DNA of 64,000 nucleotides, from assembly GCF_003334405.1 (NCBI RefSeq), contig NZ_QOWM01000011.1; one strand, 5' to 3'. Of this stretch, positions 1 through 10,114 are shown piece after piece. Numbering within the stretch: the first letter of the stretch is position 1; every line of letters starts with the position of its first letter. The position numbers and the translations under genes are program-made. A model generated the notes under the pieces. That model was not told where the DNA came from. It made no database searches and saw only the letters and a program-made list of their open reading frames with translations. This DNA is from Escherichia coli. Its GTDB lineage: Bacteria > Pseudomonadota > Gammaproteobacteria > Enterobacterales > Enterobacteriaceae.

Positions 1-185
1 CGCGAGGCATCGTCTTAACGAGGCACCGAGGCGTCGCATTCTTCAGATGGTTCAACCCTTAAGTTAGCGCTTATGGGAGTAATCCCCGCATATCCGGTTG
101 TCAGGTCAGGATGGTAAGGCACCTGCTTTACACTTTCGCCCGTGGTCAGTGATGGCTGCGGGCGAATCGTACCAGATGTTGTCAA

Positions 186-806
186 TTAATCGTGTTGGCA
201 CAGCGTTATGACTATCTTTTCTTTTATCTGCCAGTGCACAGCAAACATCTCATTCTCACGATGAATGATGACCTGCTGTTTATTCCAGCTAATTATCTGA
301 TAGTCCAGAAAACCTGCATCAGTTTGGATCTCACTTGCCTTAAATGCGCTCTCTTTGGCGGAAAATGCCAGTGTCAGCGCCAGAGAAAAGGCTAAACCGC
401 AGTCTGCGAGTCGCTCGTGTTCCGCTGGTGTAATAATGTTGTCTGTCAATTCTCTTGCGGTTTGTACAGAAAAAATTTCTTCTATATCAATGCCAATCGG
501 TTGACGAGATACCACGGCTAATGCCGTAGTCCCACAGTGGCTAATACTGCCGTATACCTCCGCAGGCCAGACAGGTTGGCGTAGCTCGCCGATTGCGGGC
601 ACACATTTATAGCCATATTCCCGCAAAGCATAAACAGCAGCGATCCGTCCGGCTAAATGCTCTGTTTTACGTTTACGTCCAGCGTGTTGCAGTTGTGCGT
701 AGTGCGGCAGCCAGAGTAAATCCTGCTCACAAAAATTCGCCGGATCGAACTCAACAAAATGCAGCGTATGTCCGGCAAAGGGGAGGGAGGTATGCGTAGT
801 TTTCAT
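186..806 (-). CDS. entD: Enterobactin synthase component D, 4'-phosphopantetheinyl transferase (206 aa)
   Basis: ORF-track protein from MKTTHTSLPFAGHTLHFVEF... matches EntD as I recall it; the track's 50-codon N-terminal extension is discarded; ATG at 804-806 on the minus strand. Confidence 0.9.
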   Translation of the reverse strand: MKTTHTSLPFAGHTLHFVEFDPANFCEQDLLWLPHYAQLQHAGRKRKTEHLAGRIAAVYALREYGYKCVPAIGELRQPVWPAEVYGSISHCGTTALAVVSRQPIGIDIEEIFSVQTARELTDNIITPAEHERLADCGLAFSLALTLAFSAKESAFKASEIQTDAGFLDYQIISWNKQQVIIHRENEMFAVHWQIKEKIVITLCQHD

Positions 807-843
807 ATCGACCATATTCGAGACTGATGACAAACGCAAAACT

Positions 844-942
844 GCCTGATGCGCTACGCTTATCAGGCCTACATGGTCCTGCAATATATTGAATTGGCAA
901 GATTTTTGTAGGCCGGATAAGGCGTTCACGCCGCATCCGGCA
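844..942. repeat. Two inverted REP (palindromic unit) elements forming a BIME-like intergenic repeat
   Basis: GCCTGATGCGCTACGCTTATCAGGCCTAC (844-872) and GTAGGCCGGATAAGGCGTTCACGCCGCATCCGGCA (908-942) match the E. coli REP consensus; a second copy of the latter is at 22841-22875. Confidence 0.7.
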
Positions 943-980
943 TGAACGACGCGCACTTTGTCAACAATCTGACGTTAGCA

Positions 981-3221
981 TCAGAAGTGGGTGTTTACGC
1001 TCATATACCACGTACGTCCCGGCTCGTTATAGGTATACGCCCCGGCACCGGCGATATAGTTGGCCCCTGCCAAATCGCCCGTGGTCTGGGCATTACCCGC
1101 ACGCCACAAACGTTTGTCGAACAGATTGTCCACGCCGCCGGTCAGACTGACATTCTTCGTCACATCCCAGGTCGCGCTCAGGCCAACAATGCTGTAAGGA
1201 CTAATTTCTTTGGTTTCCGGTCCAACCGCTGGCTGACCTTTATAGTTGTACTTCTTCGGCTGCTGCTTGCCGTACCAGGTGAAGGTCGTTTGCATCGACA
1301 AATCTTCCCGTGCCTGCCAGCTCAGCGTTGAGTTCAACGTATACTCCGGGATGATCGACAAACGGTCGCCCGTGGTTTTGTTTTCACTCTTCAGCATATA
1401 AGTGATGTTATTGGTCCACATCACCGTTTCGCTAACCGGTACGTTTAACGATCCTTCCAGACCTTCAACCACCGCTTTCGGCACGTTATCCCACTGATAG
1501 AGATCGGTGCCGACTGCGTTTTGCCCTACAGCCACATAGCCCGCTTCAATCTTATTGCGATAATCGTTACGGAACCAGGTGACGCCCGCCAGCCACCCGT
1601 CGCGTTTGAACTCCAGACCAATCTCTTTGTTGATGCTGGTTTCTGCTTTCAGGTCATCGTTACCTTGCAGATAGCAGCCGCCCGCGCTGGCATAGCAACC
1701 CTGACCTTTACTGTAGAGAATGTAGTTCGGGTTAGTCTGGTACAGGCTCGGCGCTTTATAAGCACGGGCGATGCCCATTTTCAGCGTGAAGTCATCGCCT
1801 AAACCTTGCGATATGTTCAGCGCCGGGCTCCAGTTATTGCCGACAATACTGTGATGATCGAAACGCAGCCCCGGCGTTACGATGGTGCTGTCAGTCAGCT
1901 CCATGTTGTTTTCGGCAAACAGCGAGAAAATTTCTGCTTTTGAATACGGGCTACGGTCGGTGGTACTCACGCCATCAATAGCGCCACCGGTATTCGTTCC
2001 GGTCAGTGCCTGGGTGTTGGAACTTAAGTCCTTCATCCGTTGCTGATTCCACTCCGTACCCAGCGTCAGCGTCTGGTTAACGAGGAAATCAATCGGCAGG
2101 TTAACTTCGCTGTGCAGCATCACGTCATCAAGATCGATATCGACGAAATCCTGTGTCGCTTTTTCGTTAAATTTCCCTTCGGTACCGCCCGCCAGACCTT
2201 CCGGAATACGCGAGTTACGGGTGTGTTCGTACTGCACCCAGTTGCTGGTGGTCACGCCGTTATCCCAGCCACCGTTCCAGGTCAGCGCGTAGTTCTGGCG
2301 ATACAGACGGTTGGTTTCATCGCCATATTTCGAGCGGGTATAGGAATCGGAGTTGGTATTCTGGGTGTCGCCCGCATACAGGTTACCCTGGCGGCTGTAA
2401 CCTGCTTCCAGTTCCAGCGATTGCAATGGCGCGAAATCCCAGCGCACCACGCCATTAATATCTTTGTTGATTACCCCTTCGCGCCCGGCTGGTAACGTCG
2501 TGGCATACGTTCCGGCACGCGCGGACTGATGGCCCTGGTTGATATCCCACGCGTCAGCCTGGGTTTTGTCGAGGTTGCCATACAAACGGAAGCTGAATTC
2601 GTCGCCCAGCGGACCGGTCAGGCTAAAGTTAGTGCGTTTGGTGGCACCTTCCTCTTTATGTTCTGGCGCATTGAAATATGCGTCCCAGGAGCCGTGCCAC
2701 TCGCCGCTGCCTTTTTTGGTAATGATGTTAACCACGCCGCCCGCCGCGCCGTTGCCATAACGCGCAGCTGCCGGACCACGCAGAACTTCAATACGTTCAA
2801 TCATTTCAGGTGGCACCCAGGAAGTATCACCACGGGTATCGCGCTCGCCACGCCAGCCCTGACGCACCGAGTTACGGCTGCTTACCGGCTTGCCGTCAAT
2901 CAAAATCAGCGTGTTTTCCGGACCCATACCGCGAATATCAATCTGTCGGTTATTCCCACGCTGACCACTGGTGGAGTTACCGGTCAGGTTAACGCCTGGC
3001 ATGGTACGGATGATCTCCGACACATCGCGGGCAACCGGGTTTTTGCGGATTTCATCTGCGGTGATGGTCGAAACGCCAGGCGCCTGTAAGTTCTGCTCGG
3101 CGGCGGTAACGACAATAGTATCGTCATGTGAAACAGGAGTATCGGTCGGCTCTTGTGCCTGCGCTACCCCATAAATCCCCAGATTGACCAACAAGGCCAG
3201 GGAATGAATCTTCTTGTTCAT
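981..3221 (-). CDS. fepA: Ferric enterobactin outer-membrane TonB-dependent receptor (746 aa)
   Basis: Signal peptide MNKKIHSLALLVNLGIYGVAQA, TonB box DTIVVTAA and C-terminal ...YMSVNTHF; the track ORF is extended 20 codons upstream. Confidence 0.95.
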   Translation of the reverse strand: MNKKIHSLALLVNLGIYGVAQAQEPTDTPVSHDDTIVVTAAEQNLQAPGVSTITADEIRKNPVARDVSEIIRTMPGVNLTGNSTSGQRGNNRQIDIRGMGPENTLILIDGKPVSSRNSVRQGWRGERDTRGDTSWVPPEMIERIEVLRGPAAARYGNGAAGGVVNIITKKGSGEWHGSWDAYFNAPEHKEEGATKRTNFSLTGPLGDEFSFRLYGNLDKTQADAWDINQGHQSARAGTYATTLPAGREGVINKDINGVVRWDFAPLQSLELEAGYSRQGNLYAGDTQNTNSDSYTRSKYGDETNRLYRQNYALTWNGGWDNGVTTSNWVQYEHTRNSRIPEGLAGGTEGKFNEKATQDFVDIDLDDVMLHSEVNLPIDFLVNQTLTLGTEWNQQRMKDLSSNTQALTGTNTGGAIDGVSTTDRSPYSKAEIFSLFAENNMELTDSTIVTPGLRFDHHSIVGNNWSPALNISQGLGDDFTLKMGIARAYKAPSLYQTNPNYILYSKGQGCYASAGGCYLQGNDDLKAETSINKEIGLEFKRDGWLAGVTWFRNDYRNKIEAGYVAVGQNAVGTDLYQWDNVPKAVVEGLEGSLNVPVSETVMWTNNITYMLKSENKTTGDRLSIIPEYTLNSTLSWQAREDLSMQTTFTWYGKQQPKKYNYKGQPAVGPETKEISPYSIVGLSATWDVTKNVSLTGGVDNLFDKRLWRAGNAQTTGDLAGANYIAGAGAYTYNEPGRTWYMSVNTHF

Positions 3222-3382
3222 TGTTTTATTCCTGCATTTTTGCCACGAATTGCAACTGTCGGGCATGGTCGTCATCAACACGACGCATCCCGCTACCGCG
3301 AAAACCTTTGATCCTGAAAGACACGCAGTGCAGTTGGTTAATTAATGTCCGCGCTTCCCACGGCGCGCCATTACGCTATTGC

Positions 3383-3416
3383 AAATGCAAATAGTTATCA
3401 ATAATATTATCAATAT
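3383..3416. promoter_or_regulatory. Fur-box-like AT-rich operator in the divergent fepA / fes-ybdZ-entF promoter region
   Basis: AAATAGTTATCAATAATATTATCAAT resembles the Fur consensus GATAATGATAATCATTATC; it sits between two divergent iron-uptake operons. Confidence 0.55.
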
Positions 3417-3463
3417 ATTTCTGCAATCAATGAAAAATTGCACAGTAAACATGGGGTTATGGT

Positions 3464-4666
3464 GTGACGGCGTTAAAAGTAGGAAGTGAGAGCTGGTGGC
3501 AGTCGAAACATGGCCCGGAATGGCAGCGTCTGAATGACGAAATGTTTGAGGTCACTTTCTGGTGGCGTGATCCCCAAGGTTCTGAAGAATACTCGACGAT
3601 AAAGCGCGTATGGGTCTACATCACTGGTGTGACCGATCACCATCAGAACAGCCAGCCCCAGTCGATGCAGCGAATTGCAGGCACTAACGTCTGGCAGTGG
3701 ACGACACAACTCAATGCCAACTGGCGCGGCAGCTACTGCTTTATTCCCACCGAACGCGATGACATTTTTTCTGTACCATCCCCCGATCGCCTCGAATTGC
3801 GCGAAGGCTGGCGAAAACTATTACCCCAGGCGATAGCCGATCCGCTGAACCTACAAAGCTGGAAAGGCGGGCGAGGGCACGCTGTTTCTGCACTCGAAAT
3901 GCCGCAAGCGCCTCTGCAACCGGGATGGGATTGTCCGCAAGCGCCAGAAATACCTGCCAAAGAAATTATCTGGAAAAGTGAACGGTTGAAAAAGTCACGG
4001 CGTGTATGGATTTTTACCACCGGCGATGCAACAGCAGAAGAACGCCCGCTGGCAGTTTTGCTCGATGGCGAATTTTGGGCGCAAAGTATGCCCGTCTGGC
4101 CAGTGCTGACTTCGCTGACCCATCGTCAGCAACTTCCTCCCGCCGTGTATGTGTTGATCGACGCTATCGACACCACGCACCGCGCCCACGAACTGCCGTG
4201 TAATGCGGATTTCTGGCTCGCAGTACAGCAAGAGTTATTACCCCTGGTGAAAGCTATTGCCCCTTTTAGCGATCGTGCCGATCGCACCGTGGTTGCCGGG
4301 CAGAGTTTTGGTGGGCTTTCCGCGCTGTATGCCGGACTGCACTGGCCTGAACGCTTTGGCTGTGTATTAAGCCAGTCAGGATCGTACTGGTGGCCGCATC
4401 GGGGCGGGCAGCAAGAGGGCGTGTTACTTGAAAAGCTAAAAGCTGGTGAAGTTAGCGCCGAAGGTCTGCGCATTGTGCTGGAAGCGGGTATTCGCGAGCC
4501 GATGATCATGCGGGCCAATCAGGCGCTGTATGCGCAATTACACCCCATAAAAGAATCCATTTTCTGGCGTCAGGTTGACGGCGGACATGATGCGCTTTGT
4601 TGGCGCGGTGGCTTGATGCAGGGGCTAATCGACCTCTGGCAACCACTTTTCCATGACAGGAGTTGA
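3464..4666 (+). CDS. fes: Enterobactin/ferric-enterobactin esterase (400 aa with GTG start)
   Basis: Protein (M)TALKVGSESWWQSKHGPEWQRL... with esterase GQSFGG motif; GTG start at 3464; the 3' end overlaps the ybdZ start. Confidence 0.88.
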   Translation: MTALKVGSESWWQSKHGPEWQRLNDEMFEVTFWWRDPQGSEEYSTIKRVWVYITGVTDHHQNSQPQSMQRIAGTNVWQWTTQLNANWRGSYCFIPTERDDIFSVPSPDRLELREGWRKLLPQAIADPLNLQSWKGGRGHAVSALEMPQAPLQPGWDCPQAPEIPAKEIIWKSERLKKSRRVWIFTTGDATAEERPLAVLLDGEFWAQSMPVWPVLTSLTHRQQLPPAVYVLIDAIDTTHRAHELPCNADFWLAVQQELLPLVKAIAPFSDRADRTVVAGQSFGGLSALYAGLHWPERFGCVLSQSGSYWWPHRGGQQEGVLLEKLKAGEVSAEGLRIVLEAGIREPMIMRANQALYAQLHPIKESIFWRQVDGGHDALCWRGGLMQGLIDLWQPLFHDRS

Positions 4667-4668
4667 AT

Positions 4669-4887
4669 ATGGCATTCAGTAATCCCTTCGATGATCCGCA
4701 GGGAGCGTTTTACATATTGCGCAATGCGCAGGGGCAATTCAGTCTGTGGCCGCAACAATGCGTCTTACCGGCAGGCTGGGACATTGTGTGTCAGCCGCAG
4801 TCACAGGCGTCCTGCCAGCAGTGGCTGGAAGCCCACTGGCGTACTCTGACACCGACGAATTTTACCCAGTTGCAGGAGGCACAATGA
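4669..4887 (+). CDS. ybdZ: MbtH-like protein, EntF adenylation-domain partner (72 aa)
   Basis: MAFSNPFDDPQGAFYILRNAQGQFSLWPQQ... has the MbtH-like signature; its stop overlaps the entF start (ATGA). Confidence 0.85.
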   Translation: MAFSNPFDDPQGAFYILRNAQGQFSLWPQQCVLPAGWDIVCQPQSQASCQQWLEAHWRTLTPTNFTQLQEAQ

Positions 4888-7800
4888 GCCAGCATTTACC
4901 TTTGGTCGCCGCACAGCCCGGCATCTGGATGGCAGAAAAACTGTCAGAATTACCCTCCGCCTGGAGCGTGGCGCATTACGTTGAGTTAACCGGAGAGGTT
5001 GATTCGCCATTACTGGCCCGCGCGGTGGTTGCCGGACTAGCGCAAGCAGATACGCTGCGGATGCGTTTTACGGAAGATAACGGCGAAGTCTGGCAGTGGG
5101 TCGATGATGCGCTGACGTTCGAACTGCCAGAAATTATCGACCTACGAACCAACATTGATCCGCACGGTACTGCGCAGGCATTAATGCAGGCGGATTTGCA
5201 ACAAGATCTGCGCGTCGATAGCGGTAAACCACTGGTCTTTCATCAGCTGATACAGGTGGCGGATAACCGCTGGTACTGGTATCAGCGTTATCACCATTTG
5301 CTGGTCGATGGCTTTAGTTTCCCGGCCATTACCCGCCAGATCGCCAATATTTACTGCACATGGCTGCGTGGCGAACCAACGCCTGCTTCGCCATTTACGC
5401 CTTTCGCTGATGTAGTGGAAGAGTACCAGCAATACCGCGAAAGCGAAGCCTGGCAGCGTGATGCGGCATTCTGGGCAGAACAGCGTCGTCAACTGCCGCC
5501 GCCCGCGTCACTTTCTCCGGCACCTTTACCGGGGCGCAGCGCCTCGGCAGATATTCTGCGCCTGAAACTGGAATTTACCGACGGGGAATTCCGCCAGCTG
5601 GCTACGCAACTTTCAGGTGTGCAGCGTACCGATTTAGCCCTTGCGCTGGCAGCCTTGTGGCTGGGGCGATTGTGCAATCGTATGGACTACGCCGCCGGAT
5701 TTATCTTTATGCGTCGACTGGGCTCGGCGGCGCTGACGGCTACCGGACCCGTGCTCAACGTTTTGCCGTTGGGTATTCACATTGCGGCGCAAGAAACGCT
5801 GCCGGAACTGGCAACCCGACTGGCAGCACAACTGAAAAAAATGCGTCGTCATCAACGTTACGATGCCGAACAAATTGTCCGTGACAGCGGGCGAGCGGCA
5901 GGTGATGAACCGCTGTTTGGTCCGGTACTCAATATCAAGGTATTTGATTACCAACTGGATATTCCTGATGTTCAGGCGCAAACCCATACCCTGGCAACCG
6001 GTCCGGTTAATGACCTTGAACTGGCCCTGTTCCCGGATGTACACGGTGATTTGAGTATTGAGATCCTCGCCAATAAACAGCGTTACGATGAGCCAACGTT
6101 AATCCAGCATGCTGAACGCCTGAAAATGCTGATTGCCCAGTTCGCCGCGGATCCGGCGCTGTTGTGCGGCGATGTCGATATTATGCTGCCAGGTGAGTAT
6201 GCGCAGCTGGCGCAGCTCAACGCCACTCAGGTTGAGATTCCAGAAACCACGCTTAGCGCGCTGGTGGCAGAACAAGCGGCAAAAACACCGGATGCTCCGG
6301 CGCTGGCAGATGCGCGTTACCTGTTCAGCTATCGGGAAATGCGCGAGCAGGTGGTGGCGCTGGCGAATCTGCTGCGTGAGCGCGGCGTTAAACCAGGGGA
6401 CAGCGTGGCGGTGGCACTACCGCGCTCGGTCTTTTTGACCCTGGCACTCCATGCGATAGTTGAAGCTGGAGCGGCCTGGCTACCGCTGGATACCGGCTAT
6501 CCGGACGATCGCCTGAAAATGATGCTGGAAGATGCGCGTCCGTCGCTGTTAATTACCACCGACGATCAACTGCCGCGCTTTAGCGATGTTCCCAATTTAA
6601 CAAGCCTTTGCTATAACGCCCCGCTTACACCGCAGGGCAGTGCGCCGCTGCAACTTTCACAACCGCATCACACGGCTTATATCATCTTTACCTCTGGCTC
6701 CACCGGCAGGCCGAAAGGGGTAATGGTCGGGCAGACGGCTATCGTCAACCGCCTGCTTTGGATGCAAAATCATTATCCGCTTACAGGCGAAGATGTCGTT
6801 GCCCAAAAAACGCCGTGCAGTTTTGATGTCTCGGTGTGGGAGTTTTTCTGGCCGTTTATCGCAGGGGCAAAACTGGTGATGGCTGAACCGGAAGCGCACC
6901 GCGACCCGCTCGCTATGCAGCAATTCTTTGCCGAATATGGCGTAACGACCACGCACTTTGTGCCGTCGATGCTGGCGGCATTTGTTGCCTCGCTGACGCC
7001 GCAAACCGCTCGCCAGAGTTGCGCGACGTTGAAACAGGTTTTCTGTAGTGGTGAGGCCTTACCGGCTGATTTATGCCGCGAATGGCAACAGTTAACTGGC
7101 GCGCCGTTGCATAATCTATATGGCCCGACGGAAGCGGCGGTAGATGTCAGCTGGTATCCGGCTTTTGGCGAGGAACTGGCACAGGTGCGCGGCAGCAGTG
7201 TGCCGATTGGTTATCCGGTATGGAATACGGGTCTGCGTATTCTTGATGCGATGATGCATCCGGTGCCGCCGGGTGTGGCGGGTGATCTCTATCTCACTGG
7301 CATTCAACTGGCGCAGGGCTATCTCGGACGCCCCGATCTGACCGCCAGCCGCTTTATTGCCGATCCTTTTGCCCCAGGTGAACGGATGTACCGTACCGGA
7401 GACGTTGCCCGCTGGCTGGATAACGGCGCGGTGGAGTACCTCGGGCGCAGTGATGATCAGCTAAAAATTCGCGGGCAGCGTATCGAACTGGGCGAAATCG
7501 ATCGCGTGATGCAGGCGCTGCCGGATGTCGAACAAGCCGTTACCCACGCCTGTGTGATTAACCAGGCGGCTGCCACCGGTGGTGATGCGCGTCAATTGGT
7601 GGGCTATCTGGTGTCGCAATCGGGCCTGCCGTTGGATACCAGCGCATTGCAGGCGCAGCTTCGTGAAACATTGCCACCACATATGGTACCGGTGGTTCTG
7701 CTGCAACTTCCACAGTTACCACTTAGCGCCAACGGCAAGCTGGATCGCAAAGCCTTACCGTTGCCTGAACTGAAGGCACAAGCGCCAGGGCGTGCGCCGA

Positions 7801-8765
7801 AAGCGGGCAGTGAAACGATTATCGCCGCGGCATTCTCGTCGTTGCTGGGGTGTGACGTGCAGGATGCCGATGCTGATTTCTTCGCGCTTGGCGGTCATTC
7901 GCTACTGGCAATGAAACTGGCAGCGCAGTTAAGTCGGCAGGTTGCCCGCCAGGTGACGCCGGGGCAAGTGATGGTCGCGTCAACTGTCGCCAAACTGGCA
8001 ACGATTATTGATGCTGAAGAAGACAGCACCCGGCGTATGGGATTCGAAACCATTCTGCCGTTGCGTGAAGGTAATGGCCCGACGCTGTTTTGTTTCCATC
8101 CTGCGTCCGGTTTTGCCTGGCAGTTCAGCGTGCTCTCGCGTTATCTCGATCCACAATGGTCGATTATCGGCATTCAGTCACCGCGCCCCAATGGCCCCAT
8201 GCAGACGGCGGCAAACCTGGATGAAGTCTGCGAAGCGCATCTGGCAACGTTACTTGAACAACAACCGCATGGCCCTTATTACCTGCTGGGGTATTCCCTT
8301 GGCGGTACGCTGGCGCAGGGTATTGCGGCGCGACTGCGTGCCCGTGGCGAACAGGTGGCATTTCTTGGCTTGCTGGATACCTGGCCGCCAGAAACGCAAA
8401 ACTGGCAGGAAAAAGAAGCTAATGGTCTGGACCCGGAAGTGCTGGCGGAGATTAACCGCGAACGCGAGGCCTTCCTGGCAGCACAGCAGGGAAGTACTTC
8501 AACGGAGTTGTTTACCACCATTGAAGGCAACTACGCTGATGCTGTGCGCCTGCTGACGACTGCTCATAGCGTACCGTTTGACGGTAAAGCGACGCTGTTT
8601 GTTGCTGAACGCACACTTCAGGAAGGTATGAGTCCCGAACGCGCCTGGTCGCCGTGGATAGCGGAGCTGGATATCTATCGTCAGGATTGTGCGCATGTGG
8701 ATATTATCTCTCCAGGGACGTTTGAAAAAATTGGGCCGATTATTCGCGCAACGCTAAACAGGTAA
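4884..8765 (+). CDS. entF: Enterobactin synthase component F, NRPS (C-A-PCP-TE), serine-activating (1293 aa)
   Basis: Starts MSQHLPLVAAQPGIWMAEKL; adenylation core FTSGSTGRPKG (about 6690-6722), PCP motif FFALGGHSLLAM (about 7878-7913), thioesterase GYSLGG (about 8290-8307); the track ORF is extended 46 codons upstream. Confidence 0.95.
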   Translation: MSQHLPLVAAQPGIWMAEKLSELPSAWSVAHYVELTGEVDSPLLARAVVAGLAQADTLRMRFTEDNGEVWQWVDDALTFELPEIIDLRTNIDPHGTAQALMQADLQQDLRVDSGKPLVFHQLIQVADNRWYWYQRYHHLLVDGFSFPAITRQIANIYCTWLRGEPTPASPFTPFADVVEEYQQYRESEAWQRDAAFWAEQRRQLPPPASLSPAPLPGRSASADILRLKLEFTDGEFRQLATQLSGVQRTDLALALAALWLGRLCNRMDYAAGFIFMRRLGSAALTATGPVLNVLPLGIHIAAQETLPELATRLAAQLKKMRRHQRYDAEQIVRDSGRAAGDEPLFGPVLNIKVFDYQLDIPDVQAQTHTLATGPVNDLELALFPDVHGDLSIEILANKQRYDEPTLIQHAERLKMLIAQFAADPALLCGDVDIMLPGEYAQLAQLNATQVEIPETTLSALVAEQAAKTPDAPALADARYLFSYREMREQVVALANLLRERGVKPGDSVAVALPRSVFLTLALHAIVEAGAAWLPLDTGYPDDRLKMMLEDARPSLLITTDDQLPRFSDVPNLTSLCYNAPLTPQGSAPLQLSQPHHTAYIIFTSGSTGRPKGVMVGQTAIVNRLLWMQNHYPLTGEDVVAQKTPCSFDVSVWEFFWPFIAGAKLVMAEPEAHRDPLAMQQFFAEYGVTTTHFVPSMLAAFVASLTPQTARQSCATLKQVFCSGEALPADLCREWQQLTGAPLHNLYGPTEAAVDVSWYPAFGEELAQVRGSSVPIGYPVWNTGLRILDAMMHPVPPGVAGDLYLTGIQLAQGYLGRPDLTASRFIADPFAPGERMYRTGDVARWLDNGAVEYLGRSDDQLKIRGQRIELGEIDRVMQALPDVEQAVTHACVINQAAATGGDARQLVGYLVSQSGLPLDTSALQAQLRETLPPHMVPVVLLQLPQLPLSANGKLDRKALPLPELKAQAPGRAPKAGSETIIAAAFSSLLGCDVQDADADFFALGGHSLLAMKLAAQLSRQVARQVTPGQVMVASTVAKLATIIDAEEDSTRRMGFETILPLREGNGPTLFCFHPASGFAWQFSVLSRYLDPQWSIIGIQSPRPNGPMQTAANLDEVCEAHLATLLEQQPHGPYYLLGYSLGGTLAQGIAARLRARGEQVAFLGLLDTWPPETQNWQEKEANGLDPEVLAEINREREAFLAAQQGSTSTELFTTIEGNYADAVRLLTTAHSVPFDGKATLFVAERTLQEGMSPERAWSPWIAELDIYRQDCAHVDIISPGTFEKIGPIIRATLNR

Positions 8766-8783
8766 ATTAATATTATTTATAAA

Positions 8784-8818
8784 CCCATAATTACAGAAAA
8801 TAATTATGGGTTTTTTAT
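8784..8818 (+). terminator. Rho-independent terminator downstream of entF
   Basis: Inverted repeat CCCATAATTA...TAATTATGGG followed by a T-run (TTTTTTATTT). Confidence 0.55.
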
Positions 8819-8980
8819 TTGTTTGATTTATAGGTTTGATGAATATTTCTCTTAAATAGAGTGAATGTTGCATTCAGTGGAAGGAATTTACAAACTTCAG
8901 CTTCGGATAATTATCACCAACTGGTAAAGTGAGCGCCGTGGAGATTTCCCCCTATTGGACTCATTTTCAGGTTATACCCC

Positions 8981-10114
8981 ATGTCATCACTGAATATTAA
9001 ACAGGGAAGTGACGCTCATTTTCCCGATTATCCTCTGGCGTCGCCCAGTAATAATGAAATTGATTTACTTAATCTAATCTCAGTTTTATGGCGGGCCAAA
9101 AAAACGGTCATGGCGGTCGTTTTTGCGTTTGCCTGCGCAGGCTTGCTGATCTCTTTCATCCTGCCGCAAAAATGGACCAGCGCGGCGGTTGTCACGCCTC
9201 CAGAACCTGTTCAGTGGCAAGAGTTGGAGAAATCATTCACTAAGCTTCGTGTGCTGGATCTGGATATCAAAATTGATCGTACAGAAGCATTTAACCTGTT
9301 TATCAAGAAGTTTCAGTCGGTTAGCTTGCTGGAAGAGTACCTGCGTTCATCACCTTATGTGATGGACCAATTAAAAGAGGCGAAAATCGACGAACTGGAT
9401 TTGCATCGCGCAATTGTCGCATTGAGCGAAAAAATGAAAGCGGTTGATGACAATGCCAGTAAGAAAAAAGATGAACCGTCACTGTATACCTCCTGGACGC
9501 TAAGTTTTACCGCGCCAACCAGTGAAGAGGCGCAGACCGTTTTGAGCGGGTATATCGATTATATCTCTACGTTGGTGGTGAAAGAGTCGCTAGAAAACGT
9601 CCGTAATAAACTGGAGATCAAAACCCAGTTTGAAAAAGAAAAACTGGCTCAGGATCGCATTAAAACGAAAAATCAACTTGATGCAAACATTCAGCGCCTC
9701 AATTATTCACTCGACATTGCCAACGCGGCAGGAATTAAAAAGCCCGTTTACAGTAATGGTCAGGCCGTTAAAGATGACCCCGATTTTTCTATTTCTCTCG
9801 GTGCAGACGGTATTGAACGCAAACTGGAAATAGAAAAAGCGGTCACTGACGTTGCGGAACTGAACGGTGAATTACGTAATCGGCAGTATCTTGTCGAGCA
9901 ATTAACAAAAGCACATGTCAACGATGTGAATTTTACGCCGTTTAAATATCAGTTAAGCCCGTCATTGCCAGTGAAAAAAGACGGTCCGGGTAAGGCGATT
10001 ATTGTGATCCTTTCCGCGTTGATCGGCGGGATGGTGGCTTGTGGTGGCGTGCTGTTGCGCTATGCGATGGCATCCAGAAAACAGGATGCCATGATGGCAG
10101 ACCACTTAGTTTAA
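8981..10114 (+). CDS. fepE: Wzz-family polysaccharide co-polymerase / O-antigen chain-length regulator (377 aa)
   Basis: Length and sequence match FepE; a hydrophobic TM segment lies near each terminus. Confidence 0.88.
   Translation: MSSLNIKQGSDAHFPDYPLASPSNNEIDLLNLISVLWRAKKTVMAVVFAFACAGLLISFILPQKWTSAAVVTPPEPVQWQELEKSFTKLRVLDLDIKIDRTEAFNLFIKKFQSVSLLEEYLRSSPYVMDQLKEAKIDELDLHRAIVALSEKMKAVDDNASKKKDEPSLYTSWTLSFTAPTSEEAQTVLSGYIDYISTLVVKESLENVRNKLEIKTQFEKEKLAQDRIKTKNQLDANIQRLNYSLDIANAAGIKKPVYSNGQAVKDDPDFSISLGADGIERKLEIEKAVTDVAELNGELRNRQYLVEQLTKAHVNDVNFTPFKYQLSPSLPVKKDGPGKAIIVILSALIGGMVACGGVLLRYAMASRKQDAMMADHLV

Noticed and set aside
186-956. 256-aa extended ORF for entD, and similar N-terminal extensions for fepA, fepC, entF, entC, entA, dsbG, ahpF, rna, citF, citE, citC, dpiB, pagP, cspE and dacA
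   Set aside because: The track reports the longest ORF; in each case the recognisable N-terminus or signal peptide begins at an internal Met, so the extensions were trimmed.
2529-3089. 186-aa plus-strand ORF inside fepA
   Set aside because: Antisense to fepA, as are several other 60-150 aa ORFs in 981-3221; composition consistent with shadow ORFs.
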